Made by a program: the position numbers and the translations under genes
Source of the DNA: an uncultured delta proteobacterium
GTDB lineage: Bacteria; Bdellovibrionota; FAC87; UBA2466
Reading direction: 5' to 3'
DNA: 64,000 bases
Assembly (NCBI GenBank): GCA_963778115.1
Contig: CAVZSV010000004.1
Location: forward strand, 1,952,001 to 2,016,000
Shown: piece by piece, positions 47,059 to 58,662 of the stretch
Numbering within the stretch: position 1 is the first letter of the stretch
How the letters are laid out: every line of letters starts with the position of its first letter
The notes under the pieces: generated by a model
What the model saw: the letters and a program-made list of their open reading frames with translations, nothing else
Database searches by the model: none
What the model was told of the DNA's origin: nothing

Positions 47059-47202
47059 GGCGTTATTTCTCTAATGCCCTGAGTCCTGCTCCTTGTGGGC
47101 GGCCTCGTCCGACTCCTCGTCCCTGTTTGACATTTCAATTTCCTTTGAGCATCGTGTAGAGTTTGTTACTAGACGATTAACTAAAGGAATAGGACGACGC
47201 CT

Positions 47203-48372
47203 ATGTTTCTGAAAAATTGCCTCTTCACCTCCGAATCGGTCACCGAAGGTCATCCCGACAAAGTAGCGGATCAAATTTCCGATGCGGTATTAGATGCGGT
47301 TCTAGCGCAAGACCCCAGAGGTCGGGTCGCTTGCGAGACTCTGGTAACCACGGGTTTGGCAGTCATTAGCGGTGAAATCACGACGACCGCGGTTATCGAT
47401 GCCACCGATATCGCCCGCAACACCATTAAACGAATTGGGTATGCCGGCGATGAGATGGGCTTCGATTATAAGACTTGTGCGGTGGTCACGGCGATTGGAC
47501 GGCAGTCCCCGGATATCTCATTAGGTGTGACCGAAGGCCAAGGGCTCTTTAAGGAACAAGGAGCCGGCGATCAAGGCGCCATGTTCGGGTTTGCCTGCAA
47601 CGAGACTCCGGAATACATGCCGGCGTCTTTGGCGTTTTCTCATCGGCTGACGCGGCGTTTGGCCGAATGCCGCAAAGAAGGAATTTTGGGATTTCTAAGA
47701 CCTGATGGTAAAGCGCAAGTCACTGTTCAATATGAGAACGGCGAATTGAAACGCGTGGAAGCGGTGGTAGTTTCTACCCAACATAGTCCTGAGGTATCTT
47801 ACGAGGAGTTAAAGACGGCGGTCATGGAAGAGGTCGTTCAAAAAGCGGTACCCGCAAAATTATTAGACGCTAAAACCAAGTATTACATCAACCCCACCGG
47901 CCGATTTGTGGTTGGAGGCCCCATGGGTGATTGCGGTCTTACCGGCAGAAAGATCATTGTAGACACTTACGGCGGTCACGGCGCTCACGGCGGCGGAGCC
48001 TTTTCGGGAAAAGATCCCTCTAAAGTTGACCGATCGGCCTCGTACATGGCTCGTTACATCGCTAAGAATATCGTGGCGGCAGGCCTCGCCAAACGTTGTC
48101 TCGTACAGCTTGCCTACGCCATCGGAGTTGCCGAACCTGTTTCCGTTATGATCGACGACTACCAAACAGGCTCAGTGCCCGAGCAGAAGTTGGTCGCGGC
48201 GGTTCGGGAGATATTCGGCCTCAAACCCGCTGATATCACCAAGTCACTCGATCTCATGCGCCCGATCTACGAAGAGACAGCCGCTTATGGCCACTTCGGT
48301 AGAACTTCGGCAAAGGGTTTTACTTGGGAAAAGCTAGATCGCGTTGAAGATCTCAAAGCTCTAATAAAATAA
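47203..48372 (+). CDS. metK: S-adenosylmethionine synthetase
   Basis: [19 protein letters not shown] and [16 protein letters not shown] motifs. Confidence 0.98.
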   Translation: MFLKNCLFTSESVTEGHPDKVADQISDAVLDAVLAQDPRGRVACETLVTTGLAVISGEITTTAVIDATDIARNTIKRIGYAGDEMGFDYKTCAVVTAIGRQSPDISLGVTEGQGLFKEQGAGDQGAMFGFACNETPEYMPASLAFSHRLTRRLAECRKEGILGFLRPDGKAQVTVQYENGELKRVEAVVVSTQHSPEVSYEELKTAVMEEVVQKAVPAKLLDAKTKYYINPTGRFVVGGPMGDCGLTGRKIIVDTYGGHGAHGGGAFSGKDPSKVDRSASYMARYIAKNIVAAGLAKRCLVQLAYAIGVAEPVSVMIDDYQTGSVPEQKLVAAVREIFGLKPADITKSLDLMRPIYEETAAYGHFGRTSAKGFTWEKLDRVEDLKALIK

Positions 48373-48479
48373 AAGTCGAGGACCTCTTTGACCGGCTGAA
48401 TAGAAACGGCGGACAGTTACCCAACGCCTCCCAACGTTGAATCACCATCCGCCGTATCTTTTTCGGGACAGAGAGTCGT

Positions 48480-48671
48480 TTAGTTTTGATTCTTGAGAGC
48501 CTCGTCTGCATCTTTGAACTTGATGCGACGAGTGGTGTCCGGTTGCCCGCTCACCTCTTCGTCACATTCGATTTCCACGTCAAAGAGCAGTTCGTCACAG
48601 TGTAAGCAGACCAGCTTGTTGTTCATGACGAACGATGATTTTTGTTTGGCGCAAACGCCACACTTAATCAT
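48480..48671 (-). CDS. small putative Zn-binding protein (CxxC...CxxC)
   Basis: 63 aa; CGVC and CLHC motifs; GGGGAGG RBS upstream. Confidence 0.65.
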   Translation of the reverse strand: MIKCGVCAKQKSSFVMNNKLVCLHCDELLFDVEIECDEEVSGQPDTTRRIKFKDADEALKNQN

Positions 48672-48861
48672 TGTGATACCTCCCCACCAAGTTAGATCTT
48701 TCTAGACCATTTAAGGCCAGACCATTTAAGGAATGATGAAGCGTCATCCAGGAGCTCAACTAATCCCAGTTTACTGGATAATGACACGACGAATCAATAG
48801 AAAAGTGACAGGATTACAAGTATTTGACGCATTCTCGTAGAATACACCAAAGCCGCTAGCC

Positions 48862-51285
48862 TTAGTGGGTAACCGTCGCCTCGTCCGATTTTGCTACCTC
48901 GGGAGGAACTTCAACCGCCGGCTTGGGTGATTCGGGCGGCGGCTGCACGAAGACTTCGTCCGTAAGAAGCGCGTGGCGCAGGACCTGATCCACGTGAGTG
49001 ACTTCGACGATCTGAATCCCCTTTAGGATGTTTTTGGGGACATCTTTGAGATCTTTTACGTTCTCTTTGGGGATAATGATTTTCTTAATACCACCCCGAT
49101 GGGCTGCAAAGATTTTCTCTTTGAGTCCCCCGATGGGAAGGACATTGCCTCGAAGAGTAATTTCACCCGTCATGGCGACATCTTTACTCACCGGTTTTAG
49201 GGTAAGTGCACTTACCAAAGCCGTCGCCATGGTAATTCCGGCCGAAGGTCCATCTTTGGGTATGGCCCCTTCGGGTACATGAATGTGAAGATCAATTTTC
49301 TGATAGAAGTCCGGAGCAAGTCCCAAGAGCTTTGCGCGAGATCGCACATAGCTCATGGCTGCTTGAGCAGACTCCTGCATCACATCTCCCAATTTACCAG
49401 TTACCATGAGCTTTCCAGCACCCGGCATCTGAGCGACTTCGATAGTAAGCATGTCGCCACCGGTTTCCGTAAAAGCTAGACCGTTACAGAGCCCGATTTC
49501 GGAATTCTCTTCGGATTTTTGGAAGCGATATTTATGCGGTCCCAAGATCTCAATCAGCTTCTTGGAATTGACCACCACCTTTTCCTTCTTGGAGGCCTTT
49601 TTCACCATCTGGCGCGTCGTTTTTCGACAAACGCTAGCTATCTCTCGCTCCAAGTTTCGGACTCCAGCTTCTTTAGTATAGTGCCGGATAAGATCTTCTA
49701 CTGAAGGCGCGGGAATAGCGATCTTCTCGTCATCTAGGCCATGCCGTAAGATCTGTTTGGGAATAAGATGCCGGTTGGCGATCTGTACCTTTTCTTCTTC
49801 CGTGTAGCCCGACAGATTAATGACTTCCAGACGATCTAGTAGCGGCCATGGTATCGAGTGCTGCGAGTTGGCCGTGGTAATAAACATGACATTGGAGAGG
49901 TCATACTCGACTTCCAAGTAATGATCGGAAAAATACTTATTCTGTTCCGGATCGAGCACTTCAAGCAGCGCACTACTGGGGTCGCCCCTAAAGTCAGTGC
50001 TCATCTTGTCGATCTCGTCCAACAAAACCACCGGATTGATGGTCTCGGCCTTTTTCATGGCCTGGATAAGCTTTCCGGGCAAGGCACCAATATACGTACG
50101 TCGGTGGCCACGTATTTCAGCTTCATCTCTGACTCCGCCCAAAGAGATCTTCACGAACTGACGTCCAATGGATCGAGCGATGGATCGGGCAAGTGAGGTC
50201 TTACCGACACCGGGAGGTCCGACCAAACACAGGATCGGTCCCTGCATCTTTTCCACCAAACTTTGAACCGCAAGATGCTCTAAGATGCGCTCTTTTACCG
50301 TCTTTAAGCCGTAATGGTCCTGATCGAGAACCTTCTCGGCCTGATCCACGTCGATCTTATCCTCGGTCTTTTCACTCCAGGGAATACTGATCATCCAGTC
50401 CAAGTAATTGCGAACCACAGTGGCTTCGGCAGACATCGGAGACATCATCTTCAGCTTTTTCAACTCGGCGCGCGCCTTTTTCCCAGCCTCTTCCGGCATG
50501 TTTTTGCGCTTAATCGCCTTTTCTAATTCAAAAATCTCGTTCTTAAACTCATCCCGCTCGCCCAGCTCCTTCTGGATGGCCTGCATTTGCTCATTAAGGT
50601 AGTACTCCTTCTGTGAGCGCTCCATTTGCTTTTTAACTCGGCTTCGAATCTTCTTCTCGACTTGAAGAATCTCAATCTCTCCTTCAATCAAGCCGAATAG
50701 ACGCTCCAACCGCTTGCACGAGTCGACGATTTCAAGCAGCTTCTGCTTCTCCTCTACCTTGATATTGAGGTGAGGAATGATGGAATCCGCTAACTTTCCG
50801 GGCTCTTCGATCGAAAGTACCGACATCAGAAGTTCCGGTGGAATCCGTTTGTTCAGTTTTACGTAGGATTCGAAGGTGGCTTTAATACTCCTTAAGAAAG
50901 CCTCGGCCTCGACAGTGGAGCTGACGTATTCTTCCAAGATTTCAGCTTCGACCCGGAAGATATTGTCCTTTTCTAAATATTTGTGAATTTTGACGCGCTC
51001 GATTCCTTCCACGAGTACTTTAAGCGTCCCATCGGGAAGTCGAAGTAGGCGTCCGATCTTGGCCAACGTACCGATAGTAAAGATGTCCTTATCATCGGGA
51101 TTGTTGTTCTGCGCCTTCTTTTGCGCTGCCAAAACGATCTGCTCGCTCGTCGCCATCGCTTCTTCAAGAGCGCGGATCGATTTTTCTCGCCCTACAAATA
51201 AGGGGACTACCATATATGGGAATACAATGATGTCCCGTAACGGTAAAAGAGAGTAGACCTGAGCCGGTTCCGATTTTCTATTCAT
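48862..51285 (-). CDS. lon: Lon protease
   Basis: LPLRD N-domain, GPPGVGKT and PKDGPSAG; likely start ATG 51285. Confidence 0.97.
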   Translation of the reverse strand: MNRKSEPAQVYSLLPLRDIIVFPYMVVPLFVGREKSIRALEEAMATSEQIVLAAQKKAQNNNPDDKDIFTIGTLAKIGRLLRLPDGTLKVLVEGIERVKIHKYLEKDNIFRVEAEILEEYVSSTVEAEAFLRSIKATFESYVKLNKRIPPELLMSVLSIEEPGKLADSIIPHLNIKVEEKQKLLEIVDSCKRLERLFGLIEGEIEILQVEKKIRSRVKKQMERSQKEYYLNEQMQAIQKELGERDEFKNEIFELEKAIKRKNMPEEAGKKARAELKKLKMMSPMSAEATVVRNYLDWMISIPWSEKTEDKIDVDQAEKVLDQDHYGLKTVKERILEHLAVQSLVEKMQGPILCLVGPPGVGKTSLARSIARSIGRQFVKISLGGVRDEAEIRGHRRTYIGALPGKLIQAMKKAETINPVVLLDEIDKMSTDFRGDPSSALLEVLDPEQNKYFSDHYLEVEYDLSNVMFITTANSQHSIPWPLLDRLEVINLSGYTEEEKVQIANRHLIPKQILRHGLDDEKIAIPAPSVEDLIRHYTKEAGVRNLEREIASVCRKTTRQMVKKASKKEKVVVNSKKLIEILGPHKYRFQKSEENSEIGLCNGLAFTETGGDMLTIEVAQMPGAGKLMVTGKLGDVMQESAQAAMSYVRSRAKLLGLAPDFYQKIDLHIHVPEGAIPKDGPSAGITMATALVSALTLKPVSKDVAMTGEITLRGNVLPIGGLKEKIFAAHRGGIKKIIIPKENVKDLKDVPKNILKGIQIVEVTHVDQVLRHALLTDEVFVQPPPESPKPAVEVPPEVAKSDEATVTH

Positions 51286-51508
51286 AGAATCGCGACCACC
51301 TTGTTGTAGGGTTGCACCGGACTGCTGGAACGGGTCGATCCCGGGGAGGGAACTTCCCAAGAAATTAGAGAATCTTTACGACTCTCCTAAATATTATATA
51401 ACCATTTGTCGCACGGGCCACTACGGAAAACGGGATTGCGTTCACATTCGATAATGCTCCGAGCCTTGGCAACCGACGAGACAGTTGGTCCATTTCGAAA
51501 AAATTCGC

Positions 51509-51539
51509 AAAAAAAAAGCCCTGGAGTTTCCTCCAGGGC
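51509..51539 (-). terminator. intrinsic terminator after clpX
   Basis: GCCCTGGAG/CTCCAGGGC 9-bp stem followed by T9 on the minus strand. Confidence 0.9.
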
Positions 51540-51555
51540 CCCTTCTTAAGCTTTT

Positions 51556-52857
51556 TTAAGCGGATTCTACCTTCTTACCGAAATTACTTCCGGCTGCCGC
51601 TTGCTCTTCCGCCGTCGCGTATACCAACTCAGGCTTAGCGTTTTTCAAGATGACTTCGTCGTTCACATTGCACTCTTTGAGGTTTGGAATCGACGGTAAC
51701 TCATACATGATGTCGAGCATGGAATGCTCGAGGATGGCTCTTAAGCCGCGAGCTCCGGTTTTGGTCTTAAGCGCTTCGCGGGCGATAGTCTTTAAAGCGC
51801 TCTCTTTGAAATTGAGCTTCACGTTTTCATATTCGAAGAGCTTTTGGTATTGCTTAATGATGGCGTTTTTCGGTTCGGTGAGAATCCGGACAAGCGCGTT
51901 TTCATCAAGTTCATCCAAAGTCGCCGTTACCGGCAATCGACCTACAAATTCGGGAATCATTCCAAATCGCAGTAAGTCTTCCGGACGGATGGAGTGCAGC
52001 GGATTTTCTTTCGAACGCTCTTGATCCGACCGTACTTCCGCTCCAATTCCCATGCTCCGCTTGTGGCTTCGGGCTTCGATAATCTTATCAAGGCCTACGA
52101 AAGCTCCACCGCAGATAAAAAGAATATTGGTGGTATCGATCTGTAGAAACTCCTGCTGCGGATGTTTTCTTCCTCCTTTGGGAGGAACATTCGCCCGAGT
52201 CCCTTCGAATATCTTTAAAAGTGCCTGCTGAACTCCTTCACCCGAAACGTCCCGAGTAATGGAAGGGTTCTCGCCTTTACGGGCAATCTTGTCGATCTCG
52301 TCGATGTAGACAATGCCCTTTTGGGTCTTTTCGATGTCGTAATCCGCGTTTTGTAACAGATAAAGGATGATATTTTCGACGTCTTCCCCCACATAACCGG
52401 CTTCGGTTAACGTCGTCGCGTCTACGATGGTAAAGGGTACTTTTAACAATCGCGCTAAGGTCTGAGCGAGAAGCGTCTTACCACTTCCGGTCGGACCGAT
52501 GAGCATAATGTTGCTCTTTTGCAGCTCGACTTCACTAGAAACGTGGCCGGCCATCTTGCTATAAATTCGCTTATAGTGGTTATGCACCGCAACAGACAGC
52601 GTCTTTTTCGCGTGATCCTGGCCAATGACGTAATCATCCAATACCGTTTTGATCTCTGACGGCTTTGGAATCTTCGTCACTCCAGTGCGAAGATCCTCCT
52701 TTTCCGCCTCCTCCGCGATGATGTCGTTGCAAAGTTCGATACACTCATCACAAATGTGTACGGTAGGACCGGCGATGAGCTTTTTCACTTCTCGCTGGCT
52801 CTTTCCGCAGAAGCTACAAACTAAATTTCCAAAACTATCGCTGTCTCTTCGACTCAT
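51556..52857 (-). CDS. clpX: ATP-dependent Clp protease ATP-binding subunit ClpX
   Basis: CSFCGK Zn finger, GPTGSGKT and [14 protein letters not shown] motifs. Confidence 0.98.
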   Translation of the reverse strand: MSRRDSDSFGNLVCSFCGKSQREVKKLIAGPTVHICDECIELCNDIIAEEAEKEDLRTGVTKIPKPSEIKTVLDDYVIGQDHAKKTLSVAVHNHYKRIYSKMAGHVSSEVELQKSNIMLIGPTGSGKTLLAQTLARLLKVPFTIVDATTLTEAGYVGEDVENIILYLLQNADYDIEKTQKGIVYIDEIDKIARKGENPSITRDVSGEGVQQALLKIFEGTRANVPPKGGRKHPQQEFLQIDTTNILFICGGAFVGLDKIIEARSHKRSMGIGAEVRSDQERSKENPLHSIRPEDLLRFGMIPEFVGRLPVTATLDELDENALVRILTEPKNAIIKQYQKLFEYENVKLNFKESALKTIAREALKTKTGARGLRAILEHSMLDIMYELPSIPNLKECNVNDEVILKNAKPELVYATAEEQAAAGSNFGKKVESA

Positions 52858-52915
52858 AATTGCCCCCGAGAAAGATCGCTATAAAAAAATTTCCCTCTTT
52901 TGCCGCGTACTACCA

Positions 52916-53605
52916 TCATTTGGACTCTCCTTTCTCATTCTTTGAGAGCTTGCCCCGTTGAGCGATTACGGTATCGACGATACAGTAACTCTTGGCCTCT
53001 TCGGCGGAAAGATAACGGTCTCGATCAGTATCTTTTTCGACCTTCTCGTAGGGCTGGGACGTATGCTTAACCAAGATGTGATTCAGCTTCTCTTTCAAGA
53101 GCAGAATCTGCTTTGCCTGAATGGCGATATCGGTCGCTTGTCCTTGGGCTCCTCCCAAGGGTTGGTGAATCATAATCTGTGAGTGCGGAAGCGCAAACCG
53201 TTTTCCTTTAGTACCCGCGGCTAGCAGTACCGCCCCCATACTTGCCGCCAGGCCCGTGCAGTAAGTGCAGATATCCGGCTTTATGTATTGCATCATATCG
53301 TAGATACCCAGGCCGGCCGAAACGCTGCCGCCCGGTGAATTAATGTAAATATGAATGTCAGAGGCCGGATCTTCGGACTCCAAAAACAAAAGCTGAGCAA
53401 GAACCAGGTTGGCGACTGCGTCGTCGATTGCCGAACCTATGAAAATGATTCGTTCTTTTAAAAGACGAGAGTAAATATCGAAACTTCTCTCGCCACGGGG
53501 TGTTTGTTCAATAACGATAGGAACTAAGTAGCTCACGGGATCCATCACTTTCTTGGTGCTGTCAGGAAGACCATATCCGGATGCGATTGAGAGAAGGCCA
53601 GACAT
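52916..53605 (-). CDS. clpP: Clp protease proteolytic subunit
   Basis: DIYSRLL, YINSPGG, AASMG and MIHQP motifs; GGAGG RBS before ATG 53605. Confidence 0.97.
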   Translation of the reverse strand: MSGLLSIASGYGLPDSTKKVMDPVSYLVPIVIEQTPRGERSFDIYSRLLKERIIFIGSAIDDAVANLVLAQLLFLESEDPASDIHIYINSPGGSVSAGLGIYDMMQYIKPDICTYCTGLAASMGAVLLAAGTKGKRFALPHSQIMIHQPLGGAQGQATDIAIQAKQILLLKEKLNHILVKHTSQPYEKVEKDTDRDRYLSAEEAKSYCIVDTVIAQRGKLSKNEKGESK

Positions 53606-53718
53606 TGGGCGCACCTCCTAATGGGTTTTAACTCAAGGCAGAAGCGAATGACAAGACCCGTCGTGACTTGTCTTGTCATAAAACTTACGAAAACGCACGA
53701 GCTTGAAGCTCCCGACGG

Positions 53719-55071
53719 TTACGATTTTGCGGTTTCGGGTTCCGCACTCCTGATTAAGAAATCGTACACCTGGTCGGTCAAGACTTCATCCTGTAAACGA
53801 TCCAACATGCCTTTGCCCGAGAGCCACTTGCGCGTTTCACTTAAATCGCGGTTCATCTGTTTGGCCATTTCCTCGATCCGGCTCTCTAGCAGCTTCTCAT
53901 CGAGGGTTATTTTTTCTTTTACTGCTATCTCTTTCAATAAGAGAGAGCCTCGGACCATATTTTCGGATCGTTTTCGGACCTGCTCTAAGTCATTCTGATT
54001 CAACTGCATGGGGGGACCGCCGCGTCGTTTGGTGTCTTCCTGCATCCACTGCACCAGACGATACATTTGCGCTTCCACCAAAGTATTCGCCAATTCAAAC
54101 GGGTTTTGATTGATGAGATAATCTAGAATTTCCGTCCGTTTGGTCTTTTCCGCCTCTTCTTTTTTCGAGCTCTCGAGATTTTCTCGGATGTCTTTCTTGA
54201 GAGTCTCAAGCGTAAATCCGTCTCTCAATTGCGAAGCAAAGGCATCATTTAGCTCAGGGAGTGTCTTTTTCTTCAGCTCCAGAAGTTTGCACTGATACGT
54301 CGCTGATTTCCCGGCCAGCTCTTTGTCCTGATGATCGGCCGGAAAGCTAGCGGTTACCGCTTTCTCTTCTCCGACGTTAATTTCAAGCAAAGCGGTCTCT
54401 AGCTCGGGAAGCACTTGGCCTCCGCCCAGTTCGATAGTGTAGTTCTTGGCGGGCTCTTTTTTCGGAGGATTTCCTTCAATCTCAAACGCCACTTCAACCA
54501 CGGCAAAGTTCCCTTTTTCCGGCTTGGTTGCTTCAAGCGGCTCTAACGTCGCCATGCGCTCTCTAAGATTATCGAGAGTCTTGGTGATCTCTTCGTCGGT
54601 CACTTTAAGGTCAGCGGCTTTTAAAGGAACGTTCTTATACTTACGAATCTCTATTTCAGGTTGGACCTCGAACTCCATCTCGAACTCAAGCGGCTTACCA
54701 TCTCCGAAAGATGCGTCCTTAAGCTTGATATTGGGCTGATTGATGGGGGTGAGTTTTGCTTCGACCAACGCTTCATGCACCCCCGATTGGACTAAGTGGC
54801 TTAGAACATCTTTGCGAATATCCGCGCCATATTTTTCCTGAACCATCTTTAGAGGAGCTTTTCCGGGACGAAAGCCAGGAATCTTGGCAACGGCCACATA
54901 CCGCTTGGTTGTCTGCTTCTCGTGCTCTTTCACCGCGTCAGCCGCCAACTCAACCGTCATCTTGATCTTGGTGGGCGTTAGCTTGTCTATCTTTTTGACC
55001 CGGGTTCCATGAACATGATCGTGTTCAGGGTCATGGCCTTCATGTTCGTGGTCGTTTTCGTGCGAATCCAA
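53719..55071 (-). CDS. tig: trigger factor
   Basis: IPGFRPGKAP signature, FKBP domain and position upstream of clpP; likely TTG start 55071 after GGGAGA. Confidence 0.93.
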   Translation of the reverse strand: MDSHENDHEHEGHDPEHDHVHGTRVKKIDKLTPTKIKMTVELAADAVKEHEKQTTKRYVAVAKIPGFRPGKAPLKMVQEKYGADIRKDVLSHLVQSGVHEALVEAKLTPINQPNIKLKDASFGDGKPLEFEMEFEVQPEIEIRKYKNVPLKAADLKVTDEEITKTLDNLRERMATLEPLEATKPEKGNFAVVEVAFEIEGNPPKKEPAKNYTIELGGGQVLPELETALLEINVGEEKAVTASFPADHQDKELAGKSATYQCKLLELKKKTLPELNDAFASQLRDGFTLETLKKDIRENLESSKKEEAEKTKRTEILDYLINQNPFELANTLVEAQMYRLVQWMQEDTKRRGGPPMQLNQNDLEQVRKRSENMVRGSLLLKEIAVKEKITLDEKLLESRIEEMAKQMNRDLSETRKWLSGKGMLDRLQDEVLTDQVYDFLIRSAEPETAKS

Positions 55072-55145
55072 TGTTTTCTCTCCCGACAGTTCCACTCCAT
55101 ACACCTTTCGAATTAGGGGATTACTACCATGCTCCCCTGGCTGTC

Positions 55146-55730
55146 TCAACTCCCGCGACGCCGCCCTACCGATTTGGATTTGCTTTTTTTGCTCCGGCGC
55201 ACCCCAAGGGAGGAGGCCGTCGCCGGTTTATCCTTGCGTTCCGCGACTTCGGCCAAGCAGGTAGTGACAAAAAGCAACGAAGCGCCCACCACAATGCTTG
55301 AATCCGCCAAATTAAAGGACGGCCAATGGTTCTGGCCCCAGTAGAAGTCTAAAAAGTCGATAACATATCCAAGCCTTAACCTATCAATAAGGTTACCCAA
55401 AGCCCCCGCAAAGATGAGGCTCAAAGCAAAAGCGACCCCCATCTGCTTTTTGGGTAAATAAAGAATGAGACCGACGATGACGGCCATCACGACGACCGGC
55501 ACCAGAATAAAAAAAGGGTCTCGAAACCAGACGGGAGCGGTATTGAGCACGCCGAAGGCGGCCCCCAGGTTTCGGACATAGGTAAGCGAAAAAAACTTCT
55601 CAAAGATAGGCCGACTCTCTCCCCATTGAAAACGATGGTGAACGAGTAGTTTTGTCCACTGATCGAGACCGACAACCGCAAGTGTGGTCAGCGCCAGAAT
55701 GACATGTTTACGACCCCAGGGAGACTTCAC
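55146..55730 (-). CDS. lspA: lipoprotein signal peptidase II
   Basis: DQWTK, NLGAAFG, GALGNLIDR, VIDF and FNLADS motifs. Confidence 0.93.
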   Translation of the reverse strand: MKSPWGRKHVILALTTLAVVGLDQWTKLLVHHRFQWGESRPIFEKFFSLTYVRNLGAAFGVLNTAPVWFRDPFFILVPVVVMAVIVGLILYLPKKQMGVAFALSLIFAGALGNLIDRLRLGYVIDFLDFYWGQNHWPSFNLADSSIVVGASLLFVTTCLAEVAERKDKPATASSLGVRRSKKSKSKSVGRRRGS

Positions 55731-56218
55731 GCGGCAACGCTCGATTTCTCCTGGCCCAACTGGCTCAGGAACATCAATAGGACTCCCGCGACAATTGAAG
55801 CGTCCGCGAGGTTAAAGGGAGGCAGGCGAAACGATCCGAAGTGAATGGATATGAAATCGACCACAAAGCCGTAATGAAGCCTATCTAGCAGATTACCCAC
55901 CGCTCCCCCCAGGATGGTAGTGAGCGCTATGGAAGTAAGCATCTGGTTATCTTGTAGCTTTATGAAAATAAGAATGATCAGAATCATCGCAAACGCGGGA
56001 ACTCCAACGAAGAAGACCTCCTGGAGAGGCGAGGGAGCCCGTTGCAAAAGGCCAAAAGCAAACCCATTATTTCGGGTGTAGAGCAGGTCAAGAAAGGGGG
56101 GAAGCAGAGTCCACTTTTCACCGACGAAAAATAAAGTTCGCACCAGATGTTTTGATAATTGATCGCAGCAAAGCACTAATCCGCTTAGCGAAAACAAGAT
56201 CAGATAACGACGCTTCAT
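55727..56218 (-). CDS. lspA: lipoprotein signal peptidase II (second paralog)
   Basis: DQLSK, NNGFAFG, GAVGNLLDR, VVDF and FNLADA motifs. Confidence 0.9.
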   Translation of the reverse strand: MKRRYLILFSLSGLVLCCDQLSKHLVRTLFFVGEKWTLLPPFLDLLYTRNNGFAFGLLQRAPSPLQEVFFVGVPAFAMILIILIFIKLQDNQMLTSIALTTILGGAVGNLLDRLHYGFVVDFISIHFGSFRLPPFNLADASIVAGVLLMFLSQLGQEKSSVAA

Positions 56219-56260
56219 CGACTGAAGCCTCTTTCGTGAGGGTATCGTTAGGGACGGCTT

Positions 56261-57508
56261 TTACGAACTCATCGAGTTCAAGAAATCTTTATTCGTCTTC
56301 GTCGACATGATCTTATCGAGCAAGAATTCCATACTATCGACGACGTTCATGGGCTGTAATACTTTGCGCAAGATCCAAACCCGATTGAGAATATCTCGGT
56401 CGATGAGCAATTCTTCTTTTCGCGTACCCGACTTATTAATGTCGATACACGGAAAGATGCGCTTCTCCATCAGCTTACGATCTAGCGTAATTTCTAGATT
56501 ACCCGTGCCTTTGAACTCTTCAAAGATCACTTCATCCATTCTACTGCCAGTATCGATAAGGGCGGTGGCTAAAATCGTTAGACTGCCCCCATTTTCGATA
56601 TTTCGGGCTGCTCCGAAGAATCGTTTTGGCTTGTGCAACGCATTAGAGTCGACACCGCCTGAGAGAATCTTGCCGCTGGGCGGAACAACGGTGTTATACG
56701 CACGCGCCAAACGCGTGATGCTATCTAATAAAATGACGACGTCTTTCTTGTGTTCGACTAGACGTTTCGCCTTTTCAATGACCATTTCCGCCACTTGAAC
56801 GTGACGTGTGGCCGGCTCGTCGAAAGTCGAACTTACGACCTCTCCGTCCACATTACGCTCCATATCGGTCACCTCTTCAGGCCGTTCGTCGATAAGAAGT
56901 ACGATTAAAACCACATCGGGATGGTTATGCGTAATGGCATTGGCAATCTCTTGCATCAACATCGTCTTGCCCGCTCGAGGAGGAGCGACGATAAGACCGC
57001 GCTGCCCCATTCCGATAGGCGTCATTAGGTCGATGATCCGAGTCGAATATTTCTTGGGATCATGTTCCAGTTCAAAACGCTTGTGCGGATAGACCGGAGT
57101 TAAGTTGTCGAAAAGGATCTTTTCTCGCGCGACCTCAGGGTCTTCAAAATTTACTTTTTCTACTTTGAGAAGTGCAAAATAACGCTCGGAATCTTTGGGC
57201 GGACGAATCTGTCCTTCCACGGTATCGCCGGTACGCAGCATAAAACGGCGGATCTGAGAAGGCGAAACGTAGATATCATCTGGACCTGGAAGGTAGTTGT
57301 AATCAGGGGCTCGCAGGAAGCCAAAACCATCGGGAAGCGTTTCCAATACGCCCTCTCCATAGATTTGACCGTTCTGCTCGGTTTGAGCCTGCAAGATTGC
57401 GAAAATCAGCTCCTGCCGTCTTAAACCGCCAGGGGATTCGACCCCGAGTGAACGAGCCAACTCGGTCAGTTCGGAGATCGGTTTCTCTTTAAGCTCCTTT
57501 AAATGCAT
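56261..57508 (-). CDS. rho: transcription termination factor Rho
   Basis: [27 protein letters not shown] and DERPEEVTD motifs. Confidence 0.98.
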   Translation of the reverse strand: MHLKELKEKPISELTELARSLGVESPGGLRRQELIFAILQAQTEQNGQIYGEGVLETLPDGFGFLRAPDYNYLPGPDDIYVSPSQIRRFMLRTGDTVEGQIRPPKDSERYFALLKVEKVNFEDPEVAREKILFDNLTPVYPHKRFELEHDPKKYSTRIIDLMTPIGMGQRGLIVAPPRAGKTMLMQEIANAITHNHPDVVLIVLLIDERPEEVTDMERNVDGEVVSSTFDEPATRHVQVAEMVIEKAKRLVEHKKDVVILLDSITRLARAYNTVVPPSGKILSGGVDSNALHKPKRFFGAARNIENGGSLTILATALIDTGSRMDEVIFEEFKGTGNLEITLDRKLMEKRIFPCIDINKSGTRKEELLIDRDILNRVWILRKVLQPMNVVDSMEFLLDKIMSTKTNKDFLNSMSS

Positions 57509-57775
57509 GTCAACTACCTCAACTGGTCTGAATAGATTGTGGGGATATTCATTTCTTTATTCTTGATCGCGTTTTTCAATTGTATTTTTCTGCGTATTTT
57601 TCTGGACCTTGTTTTTTGGAAGCACTTCCCAATTTTTCGTTAGGTTGTCAATCGGCGTGGGGGGCGGGAATGTCGTTATTTCCTCGTGGTTTTGCAGGCT
57701 GTGTCTTGTCAAAACCCCCTACGGGTTTGCCTTGATGACCAAACGAAAAGGTGTTCAAGAGTAAAAAACGTCCTC

Positions 57776-57805
57776 ACAGTAAAATCAATGCGTGTGGCGT
57801 GTCAA
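57776..57805 (-). promoter_or_regulatory. putative sigma70 promoter for rho
   Basis: Minus strand TTGACA-18 nt-TACTGT. Confidence 0.4.
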
Positions 57806-57999
57806 GACCGAAATGGATTACACCGGTGGTGAACTTAGGCTTGAGCGTCTAGGTCTTTTGAAGAGGATTCTTCTAGAAGGGAACTCCCCGATATAGGGAG
57901 TGCAAATCTACTACTATCCCCGCAAGGTAAGCGGGTCCCCAGAAATCGAGGATGCCCTAGCTTACCAACAAAACCCGGCGAAACTGCGATAGTCGATTC

Positions 58000-58212
58000 T
58001 TAAGCGTTGGCCTTAAGTTTGCGAACTCGCGTAGCCTGCGGCCCTTTAGGACCTTGAGTCATGTCGAATTCGACTTCTTGACCTTCCGTCAGCGATTTGA
58101 AACCTTCGCCTTCGATCGCCGAAAAGTGAACGAACACGTCGGCGCCGCCTTCTTGCTCGATAAATCCATAACCCTTGTTGTCGTTAAACCACTTCACAAA
58201 GCCGGTTGGCAT
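58000..58212 (-). CDS. cold-shock protein
   Basis: [15 protein letters not shown] and DVFVHFSAI motifs; start ATG 58212. Confidence 0.96.
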   Translation of the reverse strand: MPTGFVKWFNDNKGYGFIEQEGGADVFVHFSAIEGEGFKSLTEGQEVEFDMTQGPKGPQATRVRKLKANA

Positions 58213-58349
58213 AACATCCCCTCCCAATTCAAGGCCTGAAAAAGACTCGTTGCCCACGATTCCTACGCAAATAAAACCGGCGGAGGTTTGTTCTTTTTTT
58301 AAGAGTTTGGACTTAGAGCCTTCGTAAAACCCGTTAACCCACCATATCG

Positions 58350-58414
58350 ATGATAACCCCGGTCAGAATCGTGTCAAGTAAGTTGATTGACAAGCAATGT
58401 CACTAAGTTATACT
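58350..58414. promoter_or_regulatory. back-to-back divergent sigma70-like promoters (csp / ftsK)
   Basis: Minus strand TTGACA-16-TATCAT (58377-58350); plus strand TTGACA-16-TATACT (58387-58414). Confidence 0.55.
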
Positions 58415-58662
58415 GAAATTAGTCAGCTCTTTTACTTTTCCGTTACATTCATTGTTTTCGAGTCCATTACGGTCCAATCTTTAAGTGATTAATGACTTGA
58501 TTGGCCGGTGATTTTACGTTTTTTTGATTCGTTTCGTTATTGATTTCAGTGCCGAGCTAACGTTTCCAAAAAAATTTCGGTAAAAATTTTTCGAAGTATC
58601 GTCGATAAAATCCTTTCTCCTAAAACAACATCCACGAGAAGTCTCATTAAGGACGATTCCTT

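Noticed and set aside
47059..47202. SAM riboswitch upstream of metK
   Set aside because: No recognisable SAM-I/II consensus was seen; the region looks like a plain promoter (TTGACA present).
48406..48462. ACGGCGGA/TCCGCCGT inverted repeat after metK as an ncRNA
   Set aside because: It is an 8-bp stem with a long loop between convergent genes, more simply a weak terminator-like structure.
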